NCBI GenBank assembly: GCA_030704615.1
Contig: CM060734.1
Span: 24,366,001-24,430,000 of the forward strand
DNA length: 64,000 nt
From: Takakia lepidozioides
Taxonomy: Eukaryota; Plantae; Bryophyta
Direction: 5' to 3'
Position numbers and translations under genes: made by a program. Below the pieces are notes generated by a model. The model ran no database searches, was not told the DNA's origin, and was given only the letters and a program-made list of their open reading frames with translations. Each line of letters begins with the position of its first letter. The stretch's first letter is position 1. Below are positions 1-12,360 of this stretch, one piece after another.

Positions 1-1250
1 AGACTCGCCTCCTCTTCAACCAGGCATTCAGTAGAGGATTGCAAATTTCGCGTATTCTTGCTGGCAGGAGGAAAGTATAGGCATGAGACTCTCTCCATTT
101 TTTATATGTGGGAAGGAGTCTCTAGGCATGTATGACCTTAGGTATCGTTCCAAATTGTGTTGTCGATTGGTGGGCAGGGAAGCTACATCAAAGCTAAGAT
201 AAGGTTCCATGTAATTAAAGTTTCTTCTCTTGTTGGAAGAGAACGAAGCACTCTGTCATCTGCGAGAAGGTTGTTTTGTTGACTATTGTCCTTCCCGAAT
301 GACTACCAAAATGTAAAAAACAAATTCTTTGCAACTGAAATATATTGACAAATCTCACTTTGCCGATTTCAAATTTGGAATCTAGATATACTTCAAACTA
401 ACTTCCAAATAGCCACTTGGGGGTAGAAAGAGATAAAGATAAATTTTCTCTAACGTGGCTAACCTCTACCTTGATAAATTCCATAGTAAAGAGGAAAGAG
501 TTCACCAACGCCACTGAGGATTGTGCACACTGTTGCTTAACATCAACAGTCACCTATGCATAAACAGCCCTTGTAACATAAATAATAGCATCTGCATTCA
601 TGTCTTGGTGAGCTATGGAATGTAGGAGACTGAAAGCACGGAGTAGGGTCAGAGTAAGGTCAGCGTACATGTTGTAAACATCACCCTAACGAATCTTGAC
701 AATAGCTATGAAATCACCCAAAGAACATCTCCAAGAATGCACGGACTCCAACCACGGTAGGACACAAGTATCAATCTCACCTCAACATCACAAAGAAGCT
801 CCGCAATGGCAATAGCTTTGGCTATCCAAACCATCTTCGCTAATAGAATCCGATATACAACCTCCCTTTTGATACGCAACGTACCACAACATTGTGTATG
901 TATTCAGCCATATAACAACCACCATTATCACTCAATGCTTCACAAGAAAGTATTTGACCTTCTAATATTTAAAAATATTCTTCAAACCCTCATAATGTGT
1001 CATAGACCTGCCCTCTTGCACCAAGTGCAATATAGCCAGAAATTGGACAAGTTTTCTCTTTACCCTCACCAACGTGATCACCATCTGCAGTTTGTTGCAG
1101 GATGAAATCACAAGCTTTAGAGCATAGAGCCTTGGCATGTTGGGAAGCACCACTCCCTTGCTGCAACACCACCAGGCATTGCAATTTTAGCTTCTCTTCT
1201 GCCAACATATCTGGAACTTCCGGACTAAAAGTTTCCCTCAATCTTTATAG
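1..1250 (-). pseudogene. Decayed hAT (ZNF862-like) transposase remnant, running off the left edge of the window
   Basis: Broken minus-strand frames read KRKLVQFLAILHLVQEGRSMTHYEGLKNIFKY (962-1153), KH*SDNGG (~920-940), GDFIAIVKIR*GDVYNMYAD (~660-720) and ILSSCQQEYAKFA (28-210, start of a hAT dimerisation-like region). These resemble bryophyte hAT transposases. Many stops and frameshifts. Confidence 0.55.
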
Positions 1251-2760
1251 AGATTAATATCTTATAATCTATGTGATACCTGTAATTATATTACTATCTA
1301 CAGTTAATTATGGCAATTTAGGCCTGTTTGTACAAAATTTTAAAAAGCCACAAATAATAAAACAAGCGTTTAGTCGGGTATGGCTCCTCTTTTGAATAGT
1401 GAAATCTACTTCATCCATAATAAACTTAAGAAAGTCGTCCATTTATTATTCAGAAATTGTTCAATAAGAGAGATTTACATGAGGGAGGTGTTACCTGGAG
1501 GCGTTTCAGCAAAGGAGATGAAGTGACACCTGGGGAAGGCACAACAGGGGCTTAGCGATTTTTGACACTGATGCGTAATCCTCTTTTTAGAATAAAGATT
1601 AGCCAATAAAACCAAAGTTTCGCCCATAAAACTTCAAAGGTTTTCCAAGGTTATATTCAAAGGTATATGGCATCAATGGTTTGGCCAACAAAACTTTAAG
1701 AGTTTTGTCAAAATTTCAAAACTAAATGGGTTGCGACGACAAGGTTGGACAAAATGACTCTCTAGCTAAGACTAAACACATCGGCATCACGTCATGACTA
1801 CACGTCTTTGCGGGGCCTGTGATGACTCATGGCAACAAAGCCATGTCTGTGCAAAATTAAGGGTACCCCACAGAACCTGTAAATCGTCTAGTCCCAGACA
1901 GCCCTGTAACATTATCCCCTCCTCTCTCAAAAAGCCGTGCCCTCATGGTTTACTACTTGGGGTCAGCAAACCTCTGTGAATGGGCACCCGTATGCTTATG
2001 AGAGTCATTGTGAGGACTCTGTGTATGAGCCCGAGCCTTGTCTTTGGCTGGTGGGGATGCCTGTCTGCTTGCCGGAGCAGATTGTCCTGTCTTGGGATTA
2101 TATGGGGGCAGTTTCTCACATAGGCTCACACAGGCCTCAGGGCACGATAGACACAGGTCTGCACGGGCTATAGCAGCACATGCTACCACAGGTACGGGGT
2201 ACGACAGCTGTGACCCTCATAACTGTGTGGTCACAGCTCCACGCAGTTCCACACAGGTCACAGGGTGTTGTTACCACAGGAGGGGAACGGGAACGCGGGA
2301 ACGTCACCAACATAGGGAACGACAGTACAGTTCATATTGTCATGACTGACAGTTAGGATGGTGATTGTTAGTTAGACGGTTAGGGCAGCTTGCGGGTAGA
2401 AAAAGCAGAATAGCTACGGAGGGAGGATCACTTCTTGATCGCATGGAGTTGGAGTACAGGGAGGAGAGTACGCGGAGGAGTATGAAATAGAAGGAAGAAG
2501 AGTTTAACCTCCAAAGACATACAGAGCCGTATTACTGTGTGGATTGAATACTAGTCTTAAGGTGTAACAGGCCACACGTTCTTGTAATCGACAAACACAT
2601 TGCGTTTGAACCTCATACACACAGTCTGAATGGAGCCGAACCTCCAGCAGCGGGAATTCTAGAGAGGCTGCGTGTGGTGAATATTAACTAGGCTCTAGCA
2701 GATACCGTACAATCTATCAACATCAAATCAGATTCGAGCGCCAAGCTGGGCCATGCCGCC

Positions 2761-3402
2761 ATGATGTCCGAGATTGACAAAAAACTAGGAGCTCATATCA
2801 TATCAATCAAGACTGACATAAAAGGCGACCTGGTGGCCATGGAGTCTAGGGTCGCCCTCACCTTGGCGACCCAGCAAGAAGAACACCATGCGTATATGAT
2901 ATCATTCCAGGATGTCATTACCAAAAACTTGGCGGACAACCTGGCCAATTTCTACAATCACGCAAATGTGGTCCTCAGCAAATTGCCACCACCTCCAGGG
3001 CACTCCAACCAACCCGACAGGAACGGGATCATCAGGTATGTAGCAGATGCTCAGACAGGCAGTTATGCACCAGCGGCCCTGATCGAGCTACCTTTCACAG
3101 CTCCTCCCCGCCATGACTACACAGGTGCAGCTATGGCCAAGTCATCACACAAGGCGCTGCCGGCACCACCGCAGCCCCCGCTTGCTCCCAACGCTCCCAC
3201 GCCAAGGCCCCCGGCCCCCCCCCCCCCCCAAGGAATGCCACGGCAGATAATGCATAAGCTTGCAGCCAGCTCACATAGCACAATTACAAACAGTCGCCCA
3301 CTCCAACACGCATCATGCTACGTTGTTCTCTTGTTGGCCTCCCTAATTCTCTCTCTCGTTTCATGCCATAGCGCTTTTGTACTACAGTCTCCCACTATGT
3401 AA
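2761..3402 (+). other. Coiled-coil + proline-rich ORF, possibly the N-terminal gag remnant of a retroelement
   Basis: 213-aa ORF with a heptad-like N-terminal half followed by PPP-rich segments. In-frame stop just upstream, no recognisable catalytic motif, and LTR-like purine-rich sequence at ~2340-2600. Confidence 0.25.
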
Positions 3403-3959
3403 TACAAAAGGTTTACCTTCAGTTCAGCACTGCCTCCTGTATATTTAAGAAAGCATGCGGTAGACTCAGGCTATCCATACATCACTACAACAGATTGCGG
3501 CTTTTATGACTCCCATGGGTGCGCAGTCATGACAGATTTGTGGCAGAAATGCCATTTGCAATCGTAAAATGCTTTTGAAGTCATAATGCAGGTCTGGGGA
3601 AGACGTATATGCGACTATATGGCTCCGGACTCTGCGCAACACAGGTCAAACATGTTTGACCACAAATATTGGCATGGCAGATATGACTACCAGTCACGGT
3701 CATGGCTAGACTAGAATGACGTGCACATATTGCTAGACAGACATATGACTTCATGACTCTCACTCTAATGCATTCTGCCAGATCATCACATGGATGAAGC
3801 ACTACATGACTGCACGTGTCAACACATGCTTTTCTGGTTATATATATAATATATGAGTATTTATATTTTGAAAAAACGGAGACTCTAATCACTAGAATGA
3901 ATTAAAAAAAAACAAAAGAAAAACAAAGTGCAAAAAGATTAAAAAAAAAACACATCGGC

Positions 3960-4167
3960 TGATAAGTGGCACAGTGTGTCGCCCTGGTGGTTTGGGGTTC
4001 AAACCCGCTGCCCTTATCCCGTGTGTGGGATTGTTCGTGACGGTATGTCTGGGCGTTGATCGTCATGTAGGTCTTATGGCCCTTAAATGAAGGCGGGTGA
4101 ATTTTTCCCCCTCCTCAAGGGCCCGTGGTTTCCTTTAAGGAAAAAAAAAAAAAACAAAAAACAAAAA
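3960..4167 (+). mobile_element. tRNA-derived SINE
   Basis: A-box-like TGGCACAGTGT (3967-3977) and B-box GGTTCAAACC (3996-4005) inside a GGG..CCC T-arm. About 140 nt of body follows, then a poly(A) tail from 4141. Inserted in an A-rich tract. Confidence 0.55.
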
Positions 4168-4349
4168 GGGGCTTTTAGGGTTTACAAAAAGGTTAAAAAA
4201 CTTAAAAAGTTGCCCATCACGGTAGCGTGAACAAACTTAGAGCAAGCGGGAGGGAGAGAGAGAGAGGGCTGGGACTTAGAGCGAACGAGCGGGAGTGAGG
4301 GCAAATATGCATGGGAGGCCCGCAGTTGGAGCAACCTTCGCATCTGAAG

Positions 4350-5252
4350 CAATCAACCCTAGAAATGCTAGGGTATGTGTGGGAGAAAGTGCTTTCGCCA
4401 AAGTTCATGGCACATCCTTCTACGAGTGGATGGAGGATGCGGCTGGCCAACATTATGGAAAAGTGTTCCATGGATCAATGACGGCGCTTTCTCTCACATC
4501 GATGCAGGATATTCTGAACACATACAGTGGGTTCAAGGGACTTGGAAGCATTGTAGACGTTGGAGGAGGTGTGGGAGCATGCATGGAAATGTTGGTGAAA
4601 AAGTATCCGAGCATTCAAGCCATCAGCTTTGACCAACCCCATGTTGTGGAGCTGGCTCCTCACTTACCTGGTATCTCCGTCGCGTACATGTATTCCCTTG
4701 GTTTTTCAAGTTCACTGATTTGAAGATGTGAAATGTGCTCAATTTGCTATCTTCCTCCTCGGAGGGTTCTTAGTTTTGTTGACTAAATCTCTTCCTTTCC
4801 CCTGCGAGGCAAAAAATAAAATAAAAATGTGCTCAATCAATAAATGTTGCGGTAAGGATCCCCTGGATTCAGCGACCACCAGTTGTGCTTTGCAACATGA
4901 GTAGGAAGACTGCGGACCTCTTTGGTGTCCAACAATTTGTACCATGTTCTGTAGTCAGGCTGGGCCTTCTTCTGGTGTTGCAGTTAGGGGGTGTTCGAAC
5001 TTTGAAAAGAACTTCGGGTATTCAGAGCAGGATTACCATTGGAATAGTTATGAAGAGGCGGAGAGAGAAGCTGAGCTTGGACCACAATCATAACTTGATT
5101 CTACGAGTGTGACCAAAAAGCTCCTCATATTGTTCAATTTACGTAGGGCATTCTGGGGTAACCATGGGTGCGTTGTAATGGGTGCAGGAGTGAAGCTAGT
5201 TGGTGGAAACATGTTCGAGAGCGTGCCCTCTACAGATGCTACCTTCCTGAAG
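4350..5252 (+). pseudogene. Truncated caffeic-acid-type (class II) O-methyltransferase
   Basis: Exon ~4350-4670 encodes SAFAKVHG...IVDVGGGVG (SAM motif I)...FDQPHVV...PG, followed by a GT donor at 4671. Exon 5188-5252 encodes GVKLVGGNMFESVPSTDATFLK at the conserved intron positions. The N-terminal dimerisation domain and final exon(s) (W-ILHDW) are not found, and the second donor is GC. Confidence 0.85.
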
Positions 5253-5599
5253 GCTCGTTTCGCCCTTTACTCTTAGGAATTTTTATAACTAGTGCATCGA
5301 ATCCATCACAATCGTTCCCGAAGTAAGAGTAGAGTACTTATCTACATTCCAAGATCTTTGGAATCATTCCAGCTTCAACTGTACTGCTGCCATGCACATC
5401 TTTTTGCTTGTATAAGTCGTCATACATTTGTGTTGACCTCCCAAGCTTAGCTGCTGCAGGCAACCTCTGAACCTCTAACTTGAGATCCTTTCCCAGCTTG
5501 TAACGTACATGATATTAAATCAAATAGAAGTCAACTGGAATTTGCGAGCTCTTGAAGCAAGTGACGTGACAGGGCTTAGGTTTCGGCTGGGAGCTCGCC

Positions 5600-5907
5600 G
5601 TTCTTGGGAGAGTCAGCTTCGTCTTAGCAGGTCGTGTTTCAATCTCTACCCGCTCGGCTCTGATTTTACAGCACGGAGCAGAGCCGGCATGAGTTTCTTG
5701 AAGATCCTTCACGATGGTGGGACAACCGCAATCGCAAGGTGTGGTTTTTTCTTAATGTACGATGTGAAGAAGTTTGTCCATCTTGCAAATGTGGGTTGTT
5801 GGCTCCTGTTAGTACCATGATTTGGTATTCTTCCTGATGTTTACAAGGTTCTTGGGAGAGTTAGCTTGGTCTTAGTAGGCCGTGTTTCAATCTCTGCCCA
5901 CTCAGCT
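5600..5907. repeat. Pair of ~60-bp direct repeats (5600-5659 and 5848-5907), probably inside an LTR-like insertion
   Basis: GTTCTTGGGAGAGT(C/T)AGCTT..TCTTAG..GG.CGTGTTTCAATCTCT.CCC.CTC.GCT occurs twice, 248 bp apart. Confidence 0.7.
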
Positions 5908-6427
5908 ACACCGTGGTGGTTCTCACTAACCAATCCGACATTACCTAACTACAGATACAAGCAGCACACACAAGAGGTCCTCTTGGGTTCATGGTCAGTC
6001 AAATCCTCCATGGGTCATGACACAAGGACCACAGTCCAATGGGACCGTGGTGGATGGGCCAAGACTCACCGCGACTCATCACCGGGAATCGAGGGTCTTC
6101 GTGGTGGTTCGCCATAAAATGGCATGGTTGTTTGTGGAACCCCCGCGGACAGTCACAAAAGTATATATAGGGAGTAGTAACCCCGAGAATGGTGCAAGCC
6201 CGTTGGTGACCAAAAACTAGTGAGTAAGCGAGCGAGCCGGAAAGCGACCAAGGAGTGGGGAGCTATTCCGGACTGCCATCTACCAAAGGGAATTTCCACT
6301 AGGCCCAAATTGGTGGAGGGGCTGTTGGGGAAAAAAAAAGGGACCGTTATGTCCCGGTGAGCAGCCGAAGCTCCGAGTTGGCCCCGCGGCCAGGTTGGGA
6401 GTTAGGCGCGCTCATCAAAGCGAGTAA

Positions 6428-7535
6428 CTATGACTTGAAGGGGAGCTTACCGAAGTGAGGTGCGCGACATACATCATGTCCGTTGACACATAAAATGTAG
6501 GGTAGGATGTATGGGGCTTCGAGGCGTAATGTACGGAACTCCGCGGAGGTGTAGTATGGACCGTAGTAGGGAAACAAGTCCACCATGCTGTTTTTCCGAG
6601 GAGGAACTACAATATCATTGACCGTGAATAAACCATGACCCATAGCAGGGTCTGTAGTGGCTCTCACAACATATCGTCTCCCCCAATATTCGAACTCCAC
6701 ATTTTCTCGGATGGGGGTGGGAGGGTCGAGATGATTCCCCCAACAACGAGGCTGGACGGTCCTCAGTAACATAGTCCTATGCCCTTCCCATCGGGGGCAA
6801 GGATCCGGGTCAGGCTGCCCAAGCCGAAGGGGAGGAAACCTAGGGCAAAGCCGACCCCTCCTAAGGGTTTGGGGGGCACATGCACGTGGAGGTGGAGGTG
6901 GAGGTGGAGGTGATGGTGGTGGTGGAGGTGGTACTACTGGCGGAAGAGATGAAAGTGGAGGTGGTTGAGGATGTAATGCCGGAGGTGCACTCGGGGGTAC
7001 AACGTCCGGATCAGGCAAAGAAACAGATGGGGGGGGGGGGGGGGGGGGGGGTGGGTCTTCTCGTCGCCGGCCATAACGCCTACGACACCTATGATACCCC
7101 TCGACCCTATGCATATCATCTACGTGCTGCTGGGGAAACCAACTGGTCACATCGGGCACATGCTCTGGCACAAATTCTGCAAGTAGACCGGCGCGAAATG
7201 CCTCCTGTGCAATGTGATTGCGAGCTTGGGCATCAAGTCGTGGCTGCAATATGCGTAGTGAACGACGCATCAATACTTATGTCGTAATTTGGATTCATAT
7301 ATGCTTACCAATCATACTATATTATTAGATAAACCTAAATATACCTTAAATGAATGTTAATGAGAGGGGTGGGAAAAACACTCACATTTGCCGCATCCGC
7401 AATCTCGTTCTTCTTGTAATGTTTTTCGACAACATGCGGTCGCCGCCTTGGTGGTCTGGTGCCGCCCGACGGTATCCGTTCCCAACACTTAGTGCACCAA
7501 CACTCAATCATGTCGAGGGGGTCAAAGGTGGACAT
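6428..7535 (-). CDS. TE-associated gene: CxCxxC...H Zn-binding N-terminus + Pro-rich linker + N-terminal half of a SET-like domain (3'-truncated)
   Basis: Exon 1 (7535-7386) encodes MSTFDPLDMIECWCTKC...HVVEKHY. A 142-bp GTGAG...TGCAG phase-0 intron (7385-7244) joins it in frame to exon 2, which is open from 7243 to 6428. Exon 2 ends YVVRATTDPAMGHGLFTVNDI...LFPYYGPYYTSAEF...YILCVNGHD, with a probable GTATGT donor at 6472. Confidence 0.65.
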
Positions 7536-7580
7536 GGTTGGATGGGGTGGCCCGCGAGCCAGCTCTGCTCCGTGCTGCAA

Positions 7581-9940
7581 ATGAAGGCCGAAAACAACCC
7601 AAATACATCAGGCGGGAGCCGTGGATGAGACGCCGCCCCCACGGTACCGGACGATGATGACGATGACAGTGACATGGACAGTGAGCATGGAATTAACCAG
7701 GAGGATGTGCAAGCCATGGAGGATCTCTTAATGCATCATGTGGGTGCTGATGCATCCCATGAAGAGGGAACCCGGCCAATCGATGATCCTGAAATGGCCC
7801 CCTCAAATGACATGGAGAGGGAGGCGAGAACTCCCTTGTACGAAGAGGCAAAAATGAGTCACTTTCAACAATCTTACTTTTGCTCAATCTTCAAATTCGA
7901 TTTGGCATAGGTAATGTTGGGATGTCTGCCATAATGCGAACTATTGCAGATTATATCCTTGCTCCACACTTGAAACCCAAGATGCCACGGTCGCGGAAAG
8001 AGGCCCGCGAAGTCTTGGACTCTGTGGGGATGGACTATAAGATTTTTCATGCATGTCCATGTGATAAAACCCTATACTACGGAGAGGATTCGCGTCTCAC
8101 CAAGTGCCCAGAGTGCAAGAAAGACCGATATCAGAATGATGTCCAAGGGAAAAAAGTATCACGCAAGGTATAAACGCCATTCCCCTCGCATGGAGATTAC
8201 CTTCTTTAATCTTCTCAATGCATGTAAAGTGTATTCCACAAAGTTTAGGGTTTAGAGAATAGTACTCATGCAAGATCTGATTGTGGTTTTGGAAGGAGTG
8301 AGTGAGGAGTGGAAGGAGAGACGTTCGGTTTTGACCATTCACGCCCAAATGAGGGAGAGGCTGCATAAAGGGAAAGACATAAGGGTGTTGTATTATGTGT
8401 GCTAATGGGATGATTACATGTGGGGGGCGTGGGGTATTTCATCCTAAAAAATGCATTACTTTCCGATCATCCCGCGATTGAGGGCTCAGTACCGAAGCCC
8501 CAAATTGGCCAGACTCATGAGATGGCACGCCTCGCATCGGAGCCCCCCGGGAAAGGTGTGCGGGCCACAAGATTCACAAGCATGGAGGCATATTGAAGAG
8601 ATGTGGCCTTTTCTCTTGGAGGACCCACGACATGTCCACCTCGGCTTCTCCTTGGATGGGGTCAACCCATTCTCTGTTCAGTCATGTAGTCATTCCACTT
8701 GGCCGGTGACCATGGTGAATTACAACATCCCTCCGTATCTTTCAATTAAAAAAGGCCATATCATGTTGGCTGCCATTGTGTCAGGTGAGTGTACTCATTT
8801 CATGTTTATTATTGCCTTGGACTTTACATTAAACTTCTGATCTCTGATGCAATTCGGATGCAAGATTGATGATTGACATAATCATGGAGTAAGACGTGTA
8901 ATTCATTTTGTAGTATAATTTGCATATTGGTGGAGCATTGAAACAATGATGTGAATGTCTCATAGGGAAAAAAACAAGTGGCAAACATGGACACGTACTT
9001 GCGACCTCTTGTTGATGAACTTAAGGAGCTATGGAGGGGGGTCCCAACATTGGATGCTTCACTTGACCCTATGGCTGGACAATCTTTTCGGATGAGAGAC
9101 ATCTTGCTTTGGACAATGCATGATTATCCAGGTATATTATGTTCCCCATGAACAACCCGCGTACATTCACTTGTCAATGCCGGATAATATCGATGAGGAT
9201 TGGGATTGATTGAAGTAGCGGCGACAGTCTTGTGCACCGTAGTGGGGTAGATGACATTAAGGGCCATGCACATGACAACTTTTTGTTTTTGCTAATGTGG
9301 CGGGATGTGTAGTACAAGACTAACTGTTTGCTCGGGGCTAAGCACCAAAGGGTACCATGCATGCTTGCATTGTGGCGATGATCTTGATGCCCATAGCTCC
9401 CGCCATCTTCACAAGATGGTGTATCCCAACTACCGCAAATTTCTTCCTATGAGCCATCGATGGAGAAGAAAAGAGAAACTCTTGTTTGATGGCAAAGAGG
9501 AAGTACGTCCCCCCCCATGACACCGTCCGGGCAGTTTTGGGAGGACCGATGGAAGGAGGCCCATGCGGCACGGACGGTGAAGTGGACGTGCCCGACATGA
9601 AACGACTTTCAATCTTCTACGAGTTGCCATAGTGGGCGGTACATATTCCACAAAAACACCGTCAATATCCCTATGCATGCATGTGATATTGCACATTTGG
9701 TATGCGTTGCATTGTCACTTTCACGTAAAATAATTTGTGTAAGTATTTGTGGGTGGGGATATATGTAGGATCTGAAGATTCGCCATCTTCTAGATCCCAT
9801 GCATATTGAGAAGAATGTCTGCTCGTCCTTTTTTCGGGTTCTTCATGGCACGCCGGCAAAGAAGGGAGTGGCTGCAAAATGAGATTCTCTCGGTGTTAGA
9901 AAGGAGCTTGAGGACAGGGTCGCATGCGCCATCTCTTCTC
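7581..9940 (+). mobile_element. CACTA/En-Spm TnpD (Transposase_21-type) transposase, intron-containing, degenerate and truncated
   Basis: Motifs RTPLYE, HACPCDKTLY..CPECKKDRY, HYFPIIPRL, DSQAW, LGFSLDGVNPF..HSTWPV..NYNIPP, DTYLRPLVDELKELW, LWTMHDYPG, KGYHACLHC, YRKFLP..HRWR, SIFYELP and LDPMHIEKNV. GT-AG introns separate the blocks. Frameshifts and stops are present. Confidence 0.93.
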
Positions 9941-10329
9941 TACCTACAGCTCATCTATGGCCCCACGTTCATTGCGGCTACTTAATGTTACCCTGCCATA
10001 GATGGCCGCCGGCTCATTACACTGGCCTTAAGAGGTGGCCACTTTCGTCGCCGACTATTCCTTCTCTTGCATCATTAATTCATCATTGGATTTGCTGCTT
10101 CTAAGGTGCGTTGGATGTCAGCTTCCAGATCTCGAATTAGTTAGTTATTCGCAGTGGCCGCAATAACTTATGGACCCCGTGATGTTCGGAGGATTTCAGA
10201 CTCCTACCTCAATTTCTGTCAAAGGATTCATTGTTCCTTTATGTCCGTCGATTTCTTTTCGGAACCACGCGTGATCACGCGTTCTTCCAACTCAAATTTA
10301 TTACTTTGTTGATATATATTTCATTTGCA

Positions 10330-11280
10330 GGTATGCCCATATCAATATGTTCTTCACACTACAAATGCATCTCCAATTGGCGAAACATGTTCGTCTGATA
10401 TTGTTGACGATGTAGAAATGATCAGGCCAGAAGCTTTCCAAGGACCTGACAACTTGTTGTCTAATCAGGCATCCATTGTTGTTATGGAGAGGGATCCCAT
10501 CAGTGTTTCGGATGTTGTTTCGAGGCTCAAAATGTCAAAAGGTGAATCCACCGTTAGCAAGGTCGATGATTTAACTGGGCTTGGCTGCATAGTGGAAAGG
10601 GACTCTCAAGATCTTGGGGAATCCTCTTTGGAGCCGTCCTTATCCCAACACTTTCAGACGCCGTCATGGGCATCTACATGAGTCTACCGAACAACAGGTT
10701 TCATTGGTTGCTACCGTCGCTGAACTGCCTCATCATCATGTCGTAATTCCAAGCGCGTCACCGGATCACGAGGGTTGGACACCTCAGCTGCTGAGAAGTC
10801 AGGTGATTTAGTTCTATTTCATCTATGCGTTTTATTGTTACCGTGTTTCTGTTCATCCTCTGATTTTCTTTCTTTACTCCAGGCCAGAAAAGCTGCAACG
10901 TATGACCTTCCTGTGAAGCGGCAACTTCTGTGGGGTTGTATTCCAAGGTAATCCTTTTTTTCCGTTTGAATTCGGTTCAGGATGTGCAGAAAGCAAGAAA
11001 CCGAATTCCATTGTTTACCGTCAGAGAAAAGGTTATTAAACTCACTCATTTGCCGACTGAGGTCAGCACACCGACAAGACCGACAAATATTTTTACACAT
11101 ACCCAACCCGCCACAATTCCGGATGGTCTTGTGTCAAGGAAACATCATAGATCACAGCAGTCAGCCGCGGTCGTGTCCGACGATGAAAGGACAGCATCTG
11201 GCGTTTTGTTATCCCTTCAACATTCACCTGCCTCTAGTGGTAACCTGCCTCATAATCGAAGGGTAAATCTGGCAAAGGTA
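10330..11280 (+). other. Exon-like segments of an unidentified, probably TE-borne, degenerate gene
   Basis: Open stretches bounded by TTGCAG/GT splice-like signals (10330, ~10803, ~10883-10948, ~10981-11277) and a low-complexity S/T/P-rich translation. No family recognised. Confidence 0.3.
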
Positions 11281-11819
11281 ATAAGTATCTCCTTCACTTG
11301 GTCCTCTGTCTTATTGTTTCTGGCTTCCTGGTAATCATTTTATATTCATTTATATTGTTGACATAACTTGACATACAGGAACCTCGCGCGATCGCGCGTG
11401 GTTGCAGAAAACTCAGAGACTCCCGATTGTGCTTGTTTGTCTCATGTCACAATTGGGTGTCGTAATGCTGAGTCAAGGACCTCCTTTGCAAAATATTACA
11501 TTTGGGAGTCAGGATATAGACACTAGGTATACCACAAAACGCAAGTATGTCGTAGCATTTTTTGAGTTGCAAAATATACTGGAAATAATTTATTTTTGGG
11601 TCGGATAACAGAAACTAATGGGCTCTTTTGGATGGTTCAGAACGTTGTTACTCAACAAATATGTGGTGTCCAAAAACACAAGCGCATGTTGCTGGTCCTG
11701 AGTGTCAATGGACTTCTTTGCTACAGGCCACCTCCTTGTTTCAGGGGATCCACATGGTGAAAACACGGAGGCGGCATAGACATCAAAGGGAGATGATGAA
11801 ATATTCACCTCTGGAATGG

Positions 11820-12360
11820 TGTAATTGGGGTTGCCATTTGCATCCAAGGTGAAAGTTGCAAGTGTTTCAGTCTTGTACACTTGTGCCTCTATAGACGTAA
11901 TTGTCAAGTTGAGAGAGATGGGACCAGGTGATACATCAATTTGTGTAAGGTTCCAGGCAAGCCCAACACTTGCATCACCAACAAGGATAGAGTATTGCCC
12001 TACTTTTGTGGGCGTGATGTGCACCTCAAATGTGCCTACGGTGTCATTTGAGGGTAGCACTGTCCCGCTGAAGTTAGTGCCTGTAATGCCATCGTATAAT
12101 TCGACATAGATGTTGCCAACATTGCTAATGGGGTTTTCATATGCGTCAGTTGAAGAAAAAAGAAAATGTTTTTCATGTTTACCATAATGGGATCAATTGG
12201 GTTGATTAGAACGATGCTTGTTACGGACAAATGGCCGTTGACTACAAGAACCTAGAACTGAGCAACCTGTTGTCCAACCAGAAGGATTATCATATTATAG
12301 AGGCCGGTTGTCATGGCTATCAGTGGTAAGTCATAAGTTAGATCTCCACTATTGACACCC
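11820..12360 (-). pseudogene. Filamin/Ig-like repeat gene fragment (GEX2/filamin-repeat type)
   Basis: Frameshifted minus-strand reading FFLQL/DAYENP...GTFEVHITPTKVGQYSILVG...IDVSPGPIS...FTLDANGNP. The repeated DxxGNP, Y.V...P...G.Y.I.V and V.PG motifs are typical of filamin-type Ig repeats. Confidence 0.6.

Noticed and set aside
5690-5720. FLKILHDG as the missing OMT exon (ILHDW)
   Set aside because: No suitable acceptor or phase, the following residues do not match OMT C-termini, and it lies within a repeat-bearing insertion.
6220-6330. Possible third exon of the SET-like gene (acceptor near 6322; LVDGSP in another frame)
   Set aside because: The in-phase frame stops after 13 codons and no RxxNH/ELxxDY motifs appear.
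6422-6435. GAGTAACTATGACT matches a conserved LSU rRNA segment
   Set aside because: Only 14 bp, with flanks that do not continue the rRNA sequence; consistent with chance.
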